A DNA stretch of 45,891 nt from Nanobdellota archaeon (GCA_017610405.1 JAFCCD010000001.1:1-45891), one strand, 5' to 3'; counted from the first letter of the stretch, positions 17,836-27,937 are shown. Notes: generated from the letters alone by a model not told the origin. Made by a program: numbers and translations.

Positions 17836-18755
17836 CTAGTAAAAAACTTAATCCTGTAAAAAAAATCAATGTAGCAAAAGAAAAGGTAAGAACAGAGATA
17901 GTAGACCTTATAAAAAATAAAAGAACAATACTAATAGCTTCCATAAAAAATATTCCTTCTTCCCAATTTCAGGAGATTGTGAAAAAATTAAGAGGAAAGG
18001 CAATAGTCAAGGTTCTGAAAAAAAACCTAATATTTCGCGTATTGGATTCCTCTGAAAATAAGGATTTGAAAAAACTTAATGATTCTATCAAAGAAAGTAC
18101 TGCCCTTTTATTTTCAGATATTGAATCCTTTGAACTTGCAGGAGAATTGACAAGTAACAAAAGCCCTGTAAAAGCAAAGGCAGGACAAGAATCTGTAAAA
18201 GATATTGAAATTCCGGCAGGCCCTACTGAACTTCTTCCAGGACCAGCCATAAGTGAACTTGGTGCATTAGGAATACAAATAAAGATAGAAAAAGGAAAAA
18301 TTAATATTCAAAAGTCAAAAATAATTGTTAGAGAAGGAGAAAAAATTTCTGCTGCTGCTGCAGATGTTATGAATAAATTTGATATCAAACCATTTTCAAT
18401 AGGTTTTGTTCCTCTAGCTGCATTTGATACTCAAGAGGAAAAATTATACCTCAATATACAAATTGATAAAGAAAAGATGGTTGAAGATGTAAAAGAAACA
18501 TTTGGAAAGGCTCTGGCTTTTAGTGTGGAAATGGATTATATAAGTAAAGACACAATTAGTTTATTGATAAGAAAGGTAGTAACTAATGGAAAAAGTTTTG
18601 AAAAATTTACTACAAAAGTAAAAATTAGTGAAGATAAAAAAGAAGAAGACAAATCAGTTGAACTAGAAGTTAAAGAATCTGAAGAAGAGCAAGAATCCAA
18701 ACCAGAACCCGAACAAATTCAAACTCCCAAAGAAAATCAGGAGGAAAATAAATAA
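17832..18755 (+). CDS. rpl10: 50S ribosomal protein L10/P0 (uL10)
   Basis: KAKAGQ, IPAGPTELLPGPAISELGALGI. Confidence 0.95.
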   Translation: MTSKKLNPVKKINVAKEKVRTEIVDLIKNKRTILIASIKNIPSSQFQEIVKKLRGKAIVKVLKKNLIFRVLDSSENKDLKKLNDSIKESTALLFSDIESFELAGELTSNKSPVKAKAGQESVKDIEIPAGPTELLPGPAISELGALGIQIKIEKGKINIQKSKIIVREGEKISAAAADVMNKFDIKPFSIGFVPLAAFDTQEEKLYLNIQIDKEKMVEDVKETFGKALAFSVEMDYISKDTISLLIRKVVTNGKSFEKFTTKVKISEDKKEEDKSVELEVKESEEEQESKPEPEQIQTPKENQEENK

Positions 18756-19057
18756 TGGAAAATATATATGCAGCACTTTTGTTGCACAAATTGAGTAAAG
18801 ACGTAAATGAAGAAAATATAAAAAAAGTTATTGCAGCTACTGGTACAGAAATTGGTTCTGATGAAGAAGCTAAAATCAAATCCTTAGTTGCTAGTCTTAA
18901 GGGTGTTGACATTGACAAAGAACTAGAAAGTGCTAGTTTAGTCACGGCATCTCCTGGAGTTAGCAGTGTACCTGCTGAAAGTGAAAAGAAAGTAGAAAAG
19001 CCTAAAGAAGAAAAGAAAGAAGCTGCTGCAGAAGGACTTAGCGCACTCTTCGGATAA
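18755..19057 (+). CDS. rpl12: 50S ribosomal protein L12/P1
   Basis: MENIYAALLLH...AAAEGLSALFG. Confidence 0.97.
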   Translation: MENIYAALLLHKLSKDVNEENIKKVIAATGTEIGSDEEAKIKSLVASLKGVDIDKELESASLVTASPGVSSVPAESEKKVEKPKEEKKEAAAEGLSALFG

Positions 19058-19153
19058 ATTTATTGCTTTATTTTATATTTGAAGAGTCTTTCATACTTAG
19101 TAGAAGAGTTCTAGTGATAAGTTTTATAATTAATCAAACTATAATTATGATAT

Positions 19154-19226
19154 GCCCTAGTAGCTCAGTGGTTAGAGTACTGCTCTCGTAAAGCAGGGGT
19201 CGCAGGTTCAAATCCTGCCTAGGGCT
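19154..19226 (+). tRNA. tRNA-Thr(CGU)
   Basis: Acceptor GCCCTAG/CTAGGGC, anticodon arm CTGCT-CTCGTAA-AGCAG, T-loop GGTTCAAATCC. Confidence 0.95.
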
Positions 19227-19269
19227 TAAAACAGAAACCTTTTTAATGGGTTTTTCTTCAAAAATCTAT

Positions 19270-19351
19270 GCCGCTATGCGGAGAATGGTATTCCACTTGG
19301 TTTGAGCCCAAGGCCTTTACAGGCATCCAGGTTCGATTCCTGGTAGCGGCG
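19270..19351 (+). tRNA. tRNA-Ser(UGA) with long variable arm and atypical D-arm connector
   Basis: Acceptor GCCGCTA/TAGCGGC with G discriminator; anticodon arm CTTGG-TTTGAGC-CCAAG; variable arm GCCT-TTAC-AGGC; T-arm CCAGG-TTCGATT-CCTGG. Confidence 0.85.
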
Positions 19352-19370
19352 TTTTTTCATTCATCTCCCC

Positions 19371-19640
19371 TCAACCAAAAATTCTTTTCCACCATGGCTT
19401 TTTAATTATAATTGGTTTATTATCTTCACCAATAATTTCATACTTTATTACTGGTTCTTCTTTAAGAATAGGTGCTTTTCTTGCCAGTTCTTTATTTAAT
19501 TCCCCAATCGCCCTCTCAACAGCTGTTCTAGAATATCCTTGCCCAATCAAAGCCCATTTTAATGATTCAATTGTATAGCCTTTTTTAAGATTATTTTTTA
19601 AATAATCTACAAGTTTCTTCCCATGATTATAATGCTCCAT
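19371..19640 (-). CDS. Small hypothetical protein with an amphipathic C-terminus
   Basis: Helical domain LVDYLKNNLKKGY..LKWALIGQGYS; ends KKPWWKRIFG. Confidence 0.75.
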   Translation of the reverse strand: MEHYNHGKKLVDYLKNNLKKGYTIESLKWALIGQGYSRTAVERAIGELNKELARKAPILKEEPVIKYEIIGEDNKPIIIKKPWWKRIFG

Positions 19641-19679
19641 AGAAAGAGAAAAACGCCGAAGTTTAAAAAATTAGTTGTG

Positions 19680-21161
19680 TTATTTTATCTTTATTGGTTT
19701 TATAATTTTGTAATATCTCGTTGCATGATTAAGTCTTGATAATGTCTCGGCATGAATTGTGATTATTTTGTTTCCTTTTTTTATTTTATCCCCAACATGT
19801 CTATGGAGATAAATTCCTGCAGATTTATCAACAGGGCAACCTGCTTCTTTTGCAAGAGAATTTATTTTTATATTATTTATTTCAATTATTGTTCCTGATT
19901 TTTTCACTTTTATATCTCTTGTAAATTTTGCTTTTTTCAGTCTTTTCAGACTTCCACCCTGGGCCTTAATTATCTCATTGAATTTCAAAAAGGCCTTTCC
20001 TGAATAAAGGATTTCTTCTGCCATTTTTATCCCCTTTCCTTTTTCTGCTTTTTTAGTCATTTCAAAAAGTTTTCCTGCAAGAAGAAGAGATTTTTTTTCA
20101 AGATCAGAAGGTCCTTTTTCTTTTGGATCAAGAATTTTTATTATATCTTCTAATTCAAGAACAGGTCCGATTCCAAAACCAATAGGCTGACTTCCATCAG
20201 TAAGAATGCATTTAAGATTTTTTTTAAAATATTTTCCAAGCTGCACAAATTTTCTTTTCAGTCTAAGTGCTTCTTTCTTATCAACTTTTGCATTTTTCCC
20301 ATAAGGAATATCTATGAGAATGTATTTACTTCCCATTGCCAGTTTTTTAGACATTATTGAAGCTAAAAGTTGTGCCCCTGGATCTAATCCTAAGGATCTT
20401 TCAATTCTTATTATCTTTGAATCTGCAGGAACCATTTTAATAGACCCTCCCCAAATCATGCAGGCATTTGTTTTCTTTACTATTTTTTTAACTTCTTTTA
20501 TTGAAAACTCCACCCTAGCAATAGTTTCTATGACATCTGCTGTTCCTGCTGCACTAGTTATTGCTCTTGAAGAATTTTTTGGAACAATAAGCCCTGCAGC
20601 AGCACATATTGAAACAACTATGGGTGTTGTCCTATTTCCTGGAACCCCTCCAATAGAATGTTTATCTACAACAAATTTATTTCTAAATTTTAATTGAGCC
20701 CCTGTTTTTTGAATTGCTTTTATTAAATAAATAATTTCTTTCATATTCATTCCATATTTATCTATAGCAGAAACAAAAAGCGCTATTTCTGAATCAGAAA
20801 GAGAATTATTAACAATGTCCCTTATTATTGCTCCTATTTCTTTTTTTTTCAATGATTTATTATTAAATTTTTTCTTTATAAAATTCATACTAATAGAAGG
20901 AATTGCCATATTAACTTCTACTTTTTCTCCTACTTTAACACCAAGATTTTTTTTTAATTCAGAAGAAATAGCAATTTCCTCTTTTCCAACAAGATCTTTA
21001 ATAACATCTACAACAGCTACAATTTCTTTAGGAAATTTAGAAAGTGTTTTTATGCTTAATGTATCCCGTGGATGAATCCCTATTTTTTCTGCAGTTTGTT
21101 CATTAAGCATTGCTACAGGAAGTCCTGCAGACCATTTCAAAAGTTTTATTTTTAATAGCAT
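19680..21161 (-). CDS. deoA: AMP phosphorylase (thymidine phosphorylase family)
   Basis: N-terminal double-psi barrel-like extension, DKHSIGGVPGNRTT, SSRAITSAAGTAD, SIMSKKLA. Confidence 0.93.
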   Translation of the reverse strand: MLLKIKLLKWSAGLPVAMLNEQTAEKIGIHPRDTLSIKTLSKFPKEIVAVVDVIKDLVGKEEIAISSELKKNLGVKVGEKVEVNMAIPSISMNFIKKKFNNKSLKKKEIGAIIRDIVNNSLSDSEIALFVSAIDKYGMNMKEIIYLIKAIQKTGAQLKFRNKFVVDKHSIGGVPGNRTTPIVVSICAAAGLIVPKNSSRAITSAAGTADVIETIARVEFSIKEVKKIVKKTNACMIWGGSIKMVPADSKIIRIERSLGLDPGAQLLASIMSKKLAMGSKYILIDIPYGKNAKVDKKEALRLKRKFVQLGKYFKKNLKCILTDGSQPIGFGIGPVLELEDIIKILDPKEKGPSDLEKKSLLLAGKLFEMTKKAEKGKGIKMAEEILYSGKAFLKFNEIIKAQGGSLKRLKKAKFTRDIKVKKSGTIIEINNIKINSLAKEAGCPVDKSAGIYLHRHVGDKIKKGNKIITIHAETLSRLNHATRYYKIIKPIKIK

Positions 21162-21216
21162 AATATCTCTTTTCTTTATTTATATACAATAAATTAGAAA
21201 AAGTAGTTTTTATATC

Positions 21217-22254
21217 TTATTTTGATGGTTCTTTTATCATCAGATGAGGTGTTGTTTTTTTTCTATACAATTCTAACAATATTAAAAGATAAGATATTAC
21301 TAACGGACCTAAAAGAAGACCAAGAACACCAAAAAATAACAACCCTCCAATCATAGAAACTAACAAGATTCCTGAGTTTATTTTTGTTTTTCTCGAAACT
21401 ATCATTGGTCTTAAAAAATTGTCAATTGATGAGGAAATTATAGCAAAGACAACCATCCCTAATACAGGAATCATGTTTCCAAATACAAAAAGATAAATTA
21501 TCACAGGAATAGAGATAATTGTTGTTCCTACAACTGGAAAGACGCCAGCAATCATTGCAAGAACTGTTAAGAATAAAGCATTTGGAACCCTAAAGATAAA
21601 AAGACCAATTCCTAAAACAAGACCTTGGATAATCCCAATAAAAAACTGCCCATAAATTAGTGAAGATGTTATTCCAGAGGTAGATTTCCATAATTTCTTT
21701 TCAACCTCTTTTGAAAAAGGAAGAAGGGTCCTCACATATTCAATAAGTTTGTCTTTATCCCTAAGTACAAAGAAAAATGTGAAGAGGACTACTGTAATCT
21801 GAAGGAGTAATGCAGGAAAATTTAATATTATGCTTCCAAGAGAATTAACAACAGAATTAATGGCTTTGGTGGTAAAAGAAAATAGGATATTACCAATTTC
21901 TACTGAAAATTGCTCTAAAGCAAGCAAAGAAGGGAAAACTGATTTGATAGGGGTTATAAAATCTATGTTTTGTGCGGATTGGTATATTGAAAAAGCCTCT
22001 TTTATCAGAAGAGGTGTCAAAAACCACAATGGTAAAAAGATAATTGCGATTATAAAGAAGAGGATTAAGATCATTGATATCATCTTAATTTTTATGTGTT
22101 TGTTAAGCCAATCATAAACAGGAGCGAAAATAAAAACAAGAATCAAACCAACAATTATTGAAATAAGAATCGGTTTAACTATGAAAAAAGATAGAACTAT
22201 TAAAAGAGAGAGTATTACTAATGTTATGATTTTTCTGAAAGAGGTTTCATCCAT
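21217..22254 (-). CDS. AI-2E family transporter
   Basis: Multi-TM; IDNFLRP, GG...FGVLGLLLGP. Confidence 0.92.
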   Translation of the reverse strand: MDETSFRKIITLVILSLLIVLSFFIVKPILISIIVGLILVFIFAPVYDWLNKHIKIKMISMILILFFIIAIIFLPLWFLTPLLIKEAFSIYQSAQNIDFITPIKSVFPSLLALEQFSVEIGNILFSFTTKAINSVVNSLGSIILNFPALLLQITVVLFTFFFVLRDKDKLIEYVRTLLPFSKEVEKKLWKSTSGITSSLIYGQFFIGIIQGLVLGIGLFIFRVPNALFLTVLAMIAGVFPVVGTTIISIPVIIYLFVFGNMIPVLGMVVFAIISSSIDNFLRPMIVSRKTKINSGILLVSMIGGLLFFGVLGLLLGPLVISYLLILLELYRKKTTPHLMIKEPSK

Positions 22255-22346
22255 TTTCCTATGAATAATTAAAGTAAGAGGAAATTTATAAAGTTTTGTT
22301 CTTGGAAATAGAAAAGATTTATAAGGAAAATTTGTTAAATAGACTT

Positions 22347-23042
22347 ATGAATTTTATCCAAAAAATATTCTTAAATAAATCAGATGAATATGTGCATCTG
22401 CAATTCCAAAAATTTAGTAGAGGTGAATTTAAAAACCGGGCCTTAATCACTGCCAAAAAAACAGGTAATAAATATACAATATCGACGACATCAGAATTTG
22501 CTAACGAATTAGTAAGAGAAATGGCAAAAAAATTAGGCAATGATAAAACAAAAGTTACTGGAGCGATTGTTTCTACAAGTGATTTAAAAAGCGAGTTAAA
22601 TTTCAAAGAAATAAAGCAGTTTCAAGGGGTTAAAAGGTATCTTATTGAAGAAGATTTTTCTGGTGAAGAAATTATTTCTCTTTTAGATAAATTTCCAAAA
22701 GCGTTTTTTGCATTGAGTTTAGAAACCGGGAATTCAAAGTTAAAGATTAAACCAAAAGCCCCAAAAGCCCCAAAGCCAAAGAAGAATGAAGAGAAATTAC
22801 GACCAAATTTCTGCAAAATAATCACAGAAGACAGGATGTTTGCAGAAGATTTTATTTTTGAACAATCGGACTTCAAAAAAGCTGAAATTATACACTCTTT
22901 TTTAATAAAAGAAATAATACCTCCTAAAGGAGAAAAAGATTTTGCTAAAATTAGAGAACTTGCGAAAAGAAAAGGTACAATAATAAGAGATGCCGAAATC
23001 GATGGGAAAAAAACTGTGCAGAAAAAAGAATTTGAAGTATAA
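22347..23042 (+). CDS. Lys-rich hypothetical protein
   Basis: Long ORF with genome-typical codon use; ATG 22347 lies 21 nt after the TATA at 22318-22325. Confidence 0.8.
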   Translation: MNFIQKIFLNKSDEYVHLQFQKFSRGEFKNRALITAKKTGNKYTISTTSEFANELVREMAKKLGNDKTKVTGAIVSTSDLKSELNFKEIKQFQGVKRYLIEEDFSGEEIISLLDKFPKAFFALSLETGNSKLKIKPKAPKAPKPKKNEEKLRPNFCKIITEDRMFAEDFIFEQSDFKKAEIIHSFLIKEIIPPKGEKDFAKIRELAKRKGTIIRDAEIDGKKTVQKKEFEV

Positions 23043-23139
23043 TTTATCTTAGAAACCTTCCCGCAACGCTTAAAAACCTTCTTTTTCTTGATATTCTATA
23101 TTCCAGGGAACAAAATGTTATCCGCTAATTTATTAAGAA

Positions 23140-24090
23140 ATGCCAACAAGAAAATCTCCAAGGAAAGGGTCTTTGCAATTTTGGCCAAGAAAAAGAGCCA
23201 ATAAATTTTTACCTAGAGTCAACTGGGATGCGATTAATTCTGAAAAAAAGCTTAAGGGATTTATCTGTTATAAAGCTGGGATGGCTTCTGCCTATGTTAA
23301 GGATGAAACACCTGATTCAATGACTAAGGGAAAGAAAATTTCTATCCCTATTACAATTCTTGAATGTCCTCCAATAAAAATATTTTCTGTTAGATTCTAT
23401 AAAAATAAAAATCTTTTCAAAGAGATTGTTGCTGAAAAAACTGAAAAAGAATTAAAAAGAAAATTAAAGTTGCCAAAAGAAAAAAGCCCAAAAATTGAAG
23501 ACATTCAATCTGAAAATGATTTTGATGACATAAGAGTTTTATGCTATTCACAAGTAAAAAAGACAGGAATAAAAAAAACTCCTGATATAAGTGAAATAGG
23601 ACTTTCTGGAACTTTAAAAGAAAAACTTGATTTTGTGAAAGAAAATTTTGAAAAAGAAATTCCTATTTTGAATGTTTTTGAAAAAGGAGATTTAATTGAT
23701 CTAAGAGGATTAACAAAAGGTAAAGGAATGCAGGGTCCTGTAAAAAGATTTGGAATAAAACTAAAACACCATAAATCAGAAAAAGGAAGAAGAAGACCAG
23801 GGAGTCTTGGTCCGTGGCATCCTGCAAGAGTTATTTTTAGGGTTCCAATGGCCGGACAACTCGGAATGTTTTCTAGAATCACATACAATAATAAAATCAT
23901 AGACATTGGAAAATCAGAAAACAAAAATTGGCTTAAAAATATAAAGAATTTTGGAAATTTAAAAACAGATTATATTATTGTGAATAGTTCTGTATCTGGT
24001 CCTGCGAAAAGACAATTACTTATCACATCTCCTTTAAGAAAAACAAAAAGGCAAGAAAAGAAAAATTATGAAGTCATTGAATTTAGATAA
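23140..24090 (+). CDS. rpl3: 50S ribosomal protein L3 (uL3)
   Basis: PRKGSLQFWPRKRA, YKAGM, TKGKGMQGPVKRFG. Confidence 0.97.
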   Translation: MPTRKSPRKGSLQFWPRKRANKFLPRVNWDAINSEKKLKGFICYKAGMASAYVKDETPDSMTKGKKISIPITILECPPIKIFSVRFYKNKNLFKEIVAEKTEKELKRKLKLPKEKSPKIEDIQSENDFDDIRVLCYSQVKKTGIKKTPDISEIGLSGTLKEKLDFVKENFEKEIPILNVFEKGDLIDLRGLTKGKGMQGPVKRFGIKLKHHKSEKGRRRPGSLGPWHPARVIFRVPMAGQLGMFSRITYNNKIIDIGKSENKNWLKNIKNFGNLKTDYIIVNSSVSGPAKRQLLITSPLRKTKRQEKKNYEVIEFR

Positions 24091-24092
24091 AA

Positions 24093-24887
24093 ATGAAAGT
24101 TAAAATATTTAATATAGATGGAAAGAAAACAAAAGAAATAGAATTACCTAAAATCTTTTCTTCTCCAATAAGAGAAGATATCGTTAGCAAAATTCTTGAA
24201 ATTAAAAAAACTCATCAACCATATTCCCCTTCCCCAGTTGCAGGAAAACAACATTCTGCATCTGGAAGAATTATCCATAGAAGACATGTATGGAAAAGTG
24301 GCTACGGAAGAGGAGCTTCAAGAATTCCAAGAAAAATACTCACTAAAAGAGGTTCACAATTCAACTGGATTGGTGCCGAGGTTGCTTCCACAAGGGGCGG
24401 AAGAAGAGCACACCCTCCAAAAGTAATATCTATGATTAATACATCAAAAATAAATAAAAAAGAAATGAGATTTGCACTTGCTTCTGCATTAAGCGCAACA
24501 GCAAATAAAAAAATGGTTGCTTCAAAATATGAAAGATTAACAGAAAAAAATATTGAAACTCTTCCTTTTATTGTTGAATCAAAAATTACCCTATTAAAAA
24601 CAAAAGAATTTGTTTTAAGTATGAAAAAAATTCTTGGAGAAAGTCTTTTTGAAATAGCATTTAGAAAGAAAAAAATTAGAAGTGGGAGAGGAAAATTAAG
24701 AGGGAGAAAATACAAAAATAATGCAGGATTTTTAATTGTTACAAGTGGTAATGAAGAACTAAAAACAAAATCAATTGAAACAAAAAAAGTGGGTAATCTT
24801 AGTGTTTTAGATCTTGCTAAAGGTGGTCTTGGAAGATTAATCCTTTATACTGAAAATGCCATTAAAGAATTAGGAGAATTCAAATGA
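24093..24887 (+). CDS. rpl4: 50S ribosomal protein L4 (uL4)
   Basis: GRGASRIPR, GGRRAHPPK, GRGKLRGRKY. Confidence 0.97.
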   Translation: MKVKIFNIDGKKTKEIELPKIFSSPIREDIVSKILEIKKTHQPYSPSPVAGKQHSASGRIIHRRHVWKSGYGRGASRIPRKILTKRGSQFNWIGAEVASTRGGRRAHPPKVISMINTSKINKKEMRFALASALSATANKKMVASKYERLTEKNIETLPFIVESKITLLKTKEFVLSMKKILGESLFEIAFRKKKIRSGRGKLRGRKYKNNAGFLIVTSGNEELKTKSIETKKVGNLSVLDLAKGGLGRLILYTENAIKELGEFK

Positions 24888-25132
24888 AAATTCAATTAAA
24901 ACCAGTTGTTACAGAAAAAGCAGTAATGATGATAGAGTCTCAAAACACATTAACATTTCAAACAGGAAAAATAACAACAAAACAAGAAATAAAAAAAGAG
25001 ATAGAAGACTTATTTAAAATTAAAATTAAAAAAATAAGAACTCTTATCAGAGGAAGTGTAAAATATGTTTATATCAAACTTAAACCAGAATTTGTTGCGC
25101 TTGATATTGCAACAAAATTAGGAATAATGTAA
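24884..25132 (+). CDS. rpl23: 50S ribosomal protein L23 (uL23)
   Basis: PVVTEKA, ALDIATKLGIM. Confidence 0.95.
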   Translation: MKIQLKPVVTEKAVMMIESQNTLTFQTGKITTKQEIKKEIEDLFKIKIKKIRTLIRGSVKYVYIKLKPEFVALDIATKLGIM

Positions 25133-25133
25133 T

Positions 25134-25832
25134 ATGGGTAAAAGAATAATTCAACAAGCAAGAGGGCATGGAAGTGGAATTTATAGAGTTAGAAAAAGAG
25201 CTTTTAGATATGAATTAAAATATCCTGTAAAACCTTTAGGTATAGGAACAGTAATTAAACTTATCAATTCTCCAGCACATTCTGCCCCATTAGCAAAAAT
25301 AAATTATGACAAGAAAATATTTTATATTCCTGCATTCAAGGGACTGGTTGAAGGACAAAAAATAAATTTTGAAGAAAAAGAAATCACTAAGGGAAATATT
25401 CTTAGATTGAAAGATATTCCTATAAAAACATCTATTTACAATATAGAATCAAGACCTGGTGATGGGGGAACTTTTATAAAAAGTGCAGGAAGTTGTGGGG
25501 TAGTTAGTAGAATCATAGGAAAACACATCTACATTTTAATGCCATCAAAAAAAGAAAAAAAGTTTAATGAAAATTGTAGAGCAATTATAGGAACTGTTGC
25601 TGGCTCAGGAAGGCTAGAAAAACCAATAATTAAGGCTGGGAAACAACATTATATTAAAAAAGGTAAAGGTAAATTGTGGCCAAGAACCTCTGCTGTAAAA
25701 GTAAATGTAATTGACCATCCTTTTGGTTCAGGTAGAGGGAAAAATCCAAAGAGTAAAATTGCTAAAAGAAATGCTCCACCAGGAAAAAAAGTTGGATTAT
25801 TGAGGCCAAGAAGAACAGGAAAGAAAAAATAA
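25134..25832 (+). CDS. rpl2: 50S ribosomal protein L2 (uL2)
   Basis: [28 protein letters not shown]. Confidence 0.97.
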   Translation: MGKRIIQQARGHGSGIYRVRKRAFRYELKYPVKPLGIGTVIKLINSPAHSAPLAKINYDKKIFYIPAFKGLVEGQKINFEEKEITKGNILRLKDIPIKTSIYNIESRPGDGGTFIKSAGSCGVVSRIIGKHIYILMPSKKEKKFNENCRAIIGTVAGSGRLEKPIIKAGKQHYIKKGKGKLWPRTSAVKVNVIDHPFGSGRGKNPKSKIAKRNAPPGKKVGLLRPRRTGKKK

Positions 25833-25833
25833 A

Positions 25834-26244
25834 ATGGAAAAAGAAAATATAGAGATAAAAAAGAAAGATTTTACATATAGGGGAGAAACTCTTGAAAATT
25901 TAAAAAAATTAGATGTAAGAGAATTTGCTAAATATTTAAAATCAAGACCAAGAAGAAATGTTCTTAGACAATTCAATAAACTTGAAAATTTCATTAGCTC
26001 TGCAAAAATTAAGATAACTAAAAATAAATCAATAAGAACCCATCAAAGAGATCTTACTATTGTTCCTGAAATGGTCGGAATGAAGATATTTGTCTATAAT
26101 GGAAAGAGTTTTTTTCCAGTAGAAATAGTAAATGAAATGCTTGGCCACAAAATTGGAGAATTTGCCTTAACTCGTGGAAGAGTCAAACACGGAAAATCCG
26201 GTGTGGGTGCAACCAAGGGAACTAAATTCAAGGCTAAAAAATAA
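25834..26244 (+). CDS. rps19: 30S ribosomal protein S19 (uS19)
   Basis: [24 protein letters not shown]. Confidence 0.97.
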   Translation: MEKENIEIKKKDFTYRGETLENLKKLDVREFAKYLKSRPRRNVLRQFNKLENFISSAKIKITKNKSIRTHQRDLTIVPEMVGMKIFVYNGKSFFPVEIVNEMLGHKIGEFALTRGRVKHGKSGVGATKGTKFKAKK

Positions 26245-26246
26245 AA

Positions 26247-26780
26247 ATGGAAAAAGAAAATAAAAATAAAGAAGAAGAAAAAATTCAGGAAGAAAAAAAA
26301 CCTGTAGAAGAACTAGGAAAAAAACAGGAAGAAAAGATTGAAGAGAAGAAAACAGAAAAAAAACCAGAAGTTAAAAGGCCAAAAAAAACAGAAGCTGTGA
26401 TTAATGCAAGAAATCTTCCAATATCTACAAAAGATTCTAAAGCTATTTGCAAATTTATTAAAAACAAAAAAATTGGAAATGCAATTACTGATCTAGAACA
26501 GGTTGTTGCACTAAAAAAAGCAATTCCTATGAAGGGAGAAATCCCTCATAAAAAAGGAAAGGGAATGATGGCAGGAAGATTTCCAAAAAATTCTTCTCTA
26601 AGTTTTATAAAATTATTAAAGAATCTCTCAGCAAATGCAACTTACAATGGATTAGAAGAACCATTAATTGCTGAATCTATTGCAAATATTGGAGAACGAC
26701 CTCATGGGAAATTTGGATGGGTAAGGAAAAAAAGAACTCACATCAGATTAAAAGCTATTGAGATGAAAAAAAGAAAGTAA
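26247..26780 (+). CDS. rpl22: 50S ribosomal protein L22 (uL22) with a Glu/Lys-rich N-terminal extension
   Basis: LPISTK..AIC, GRFPK, THI; operon position. Confidence 0.93.
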   Translation: MEKENKNKEEEKIQEEKKPVEELGKKQEEKIEEKKTEKKPEVKRPKKTEAVINARNLPISTKDSKAICKFIKNKKIGNAITDLEQVVALKKAIPMKGEIPHKKGKGMMAGRFPKNSSLSFIKLLKNLSANATYNGLEEPLIAESIANIGERPHGKFGWVRKKRTHIRLKAIEMKKRK

Positions 26781-26783
26781 AAA

Positions 26784-27503
26784 ATGGAAGAAAAAAACGT
26801 TATTAAATTTAAAAAAGAAGAATTCTCTATTCGTGAATATGTAAAAAATTCTCTTGGGAAAGGAAAAATAAGTGAGGTAAGAGTAGAATATGCTCCTGTG
26901 GGAGAGAAAATAATTGTTTCTACTAACAAACCAGGATTAGTCATAGGAAGGGGTGGAGAAAAAATAAATGAACTTACCAGGAATCTAAAGAAAAAATTCA
27001 ATCTTGAAAATCCTCATGTGGAAATAGATGAAGTAATGAAACCAGAATTTACTGCTCAAATAATGGCTGATGAAATTGCCTTGAGTATTGAAAGGTTTGG
27101 TCCTTTAAGATTCAAGGTTGTTGCTTACCGAGTGCTGCAAAAAATTATGAATGCAGGAGCGCTTGGAGTTGAAATAAGATTAAGTGGGAAACTTCCTGGT
27201 TCAAGAGCAAAAACATGGAGATTTGCCCAAGGATATTTAAAGAAAACAGGAGATCCTGCAAAATTAGTTGATAGAGCACAATCCATAGCACAAACAAAAC
27301 CAGGAGTAGTAGGAGTAAAAGTAGGTATACTTTCACCTGACGTTGTCTTGATAGATAAAGTAAATATTAATGAAGAACTTCTTGAAAAAATTAGAAAAAA
27401 TATTGAAACAGAAAAAGAACCAAAAAAAGAATTAAAAATTAAATTAAATAAAACTAAAATAAAAAATGGCAATGAAAATAAAAGATCTAAAAAGACTGAA
27501 TAA
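26784..27503 (+). CDS. rps3: 30S ribosomal protein S3 (uS3)
   Basis: KPGLVIGRGG KH motif, GVEIRLSGKL, GYLKKTG. Confidence 0.97.
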   Translation: MEEKNVIKFKKEEFSIREYVKNSLGKGKISEVRVEYAPVGEKIIVSTNKPGLVIGRGGEKINELTRNLKKKFNLENPHVEIDEVMKPEFTAQIMADEIALSIERFGPLRFKVVAYRVLQKIMNAGALGVEIRLSGKLPGSRAKTWRFAQGYLKKTGDPAKLVDRAQSIAQTKPGVVGVKVGILSPDVVLIDKVNINEELLEKIRKNIETEKEPKKELKIKLNKTKIKNGNENKRSKKTE

Positions 27504-27636
27504 AAAAGAAAGGGAAGAAAAACTTCAGGAATTAAAGATGGAATTAATAAAATCACGAGTTGCATCAGAGAAAAGTAGTTCAAAAGTAAAAGAAATTAAA
27601 AAAATGATTGCAAGAATACTCACACTCAATAAATAA
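27466..27636 (+). CDS. rpl29: 50S ribosomal protein L29 (uL29); not in the ORF track
   Basis: MAMKIKDLKRLNKKEREEKLQELKMELIK...KEIKKMIARILTLNK. Confidence 0.93.
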   Translation: MAMKIKDLKRLNKKEREEKLQELKMELIKSRVASEKSSSKVKEIKKMIARILTLNK

Positions 27637-27637
27637 C

Positions 27638-27937
27638 ATGGAAATATGTCCAAAATGTGGTCTTCCTAAACAAGCCTGTGTATGCGAACAGATTGTAAAA
27701 AGTTCACAGAAAATAAAGATCACAACAGATAAGAAAAGATACGGAAAAATTGTAACTATTGTTACGGGATTTGAAAGTGGAATCAATATAAGACAAATCG
27801 CAAAAGACCTAAAAAATAGTCTTGCTTGCGGAGGAACTTATAAAGAAGATAAGATAGAACTTCAAGGAGAGCATAAGAAGAAAGTAAAAGAAATGTTAGT
27901 CAAATTTGGATTTGAAGAAGATTCCATAGAAAATTAA
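27638..27937 (+). CDS. sui1: Translation initiation factor aIF1/SUI1
   Basis: CPKCGLP..ACVC, RYGKIVT, LACGGT, IELQGEH. Confidence 0.95.
   Translation: MEICPKCGLPKQACVCEQIVKSSQKIKITTDKKRYGKIVTIVTGFESGINIRQIAKDLKNSLACGGTYKEDKIELQGEHKKKVKEMLVKFGFEEDSIEN

Noticed and set aside
19294..19312. Reading the second tRNA as Leu(GAG) or as a Sec/suppressor tRNA
   Set aside because: The only 5-bp anticodon stem centres UGA (reads UCA, Ser); the G discriminator and 7/5 stem layout fit Ser.
22751..22780. CCAAAAGCC tandem repeat
   Set aside because: Short in-frame coding repeat (PKAPKAPKP), not an array.
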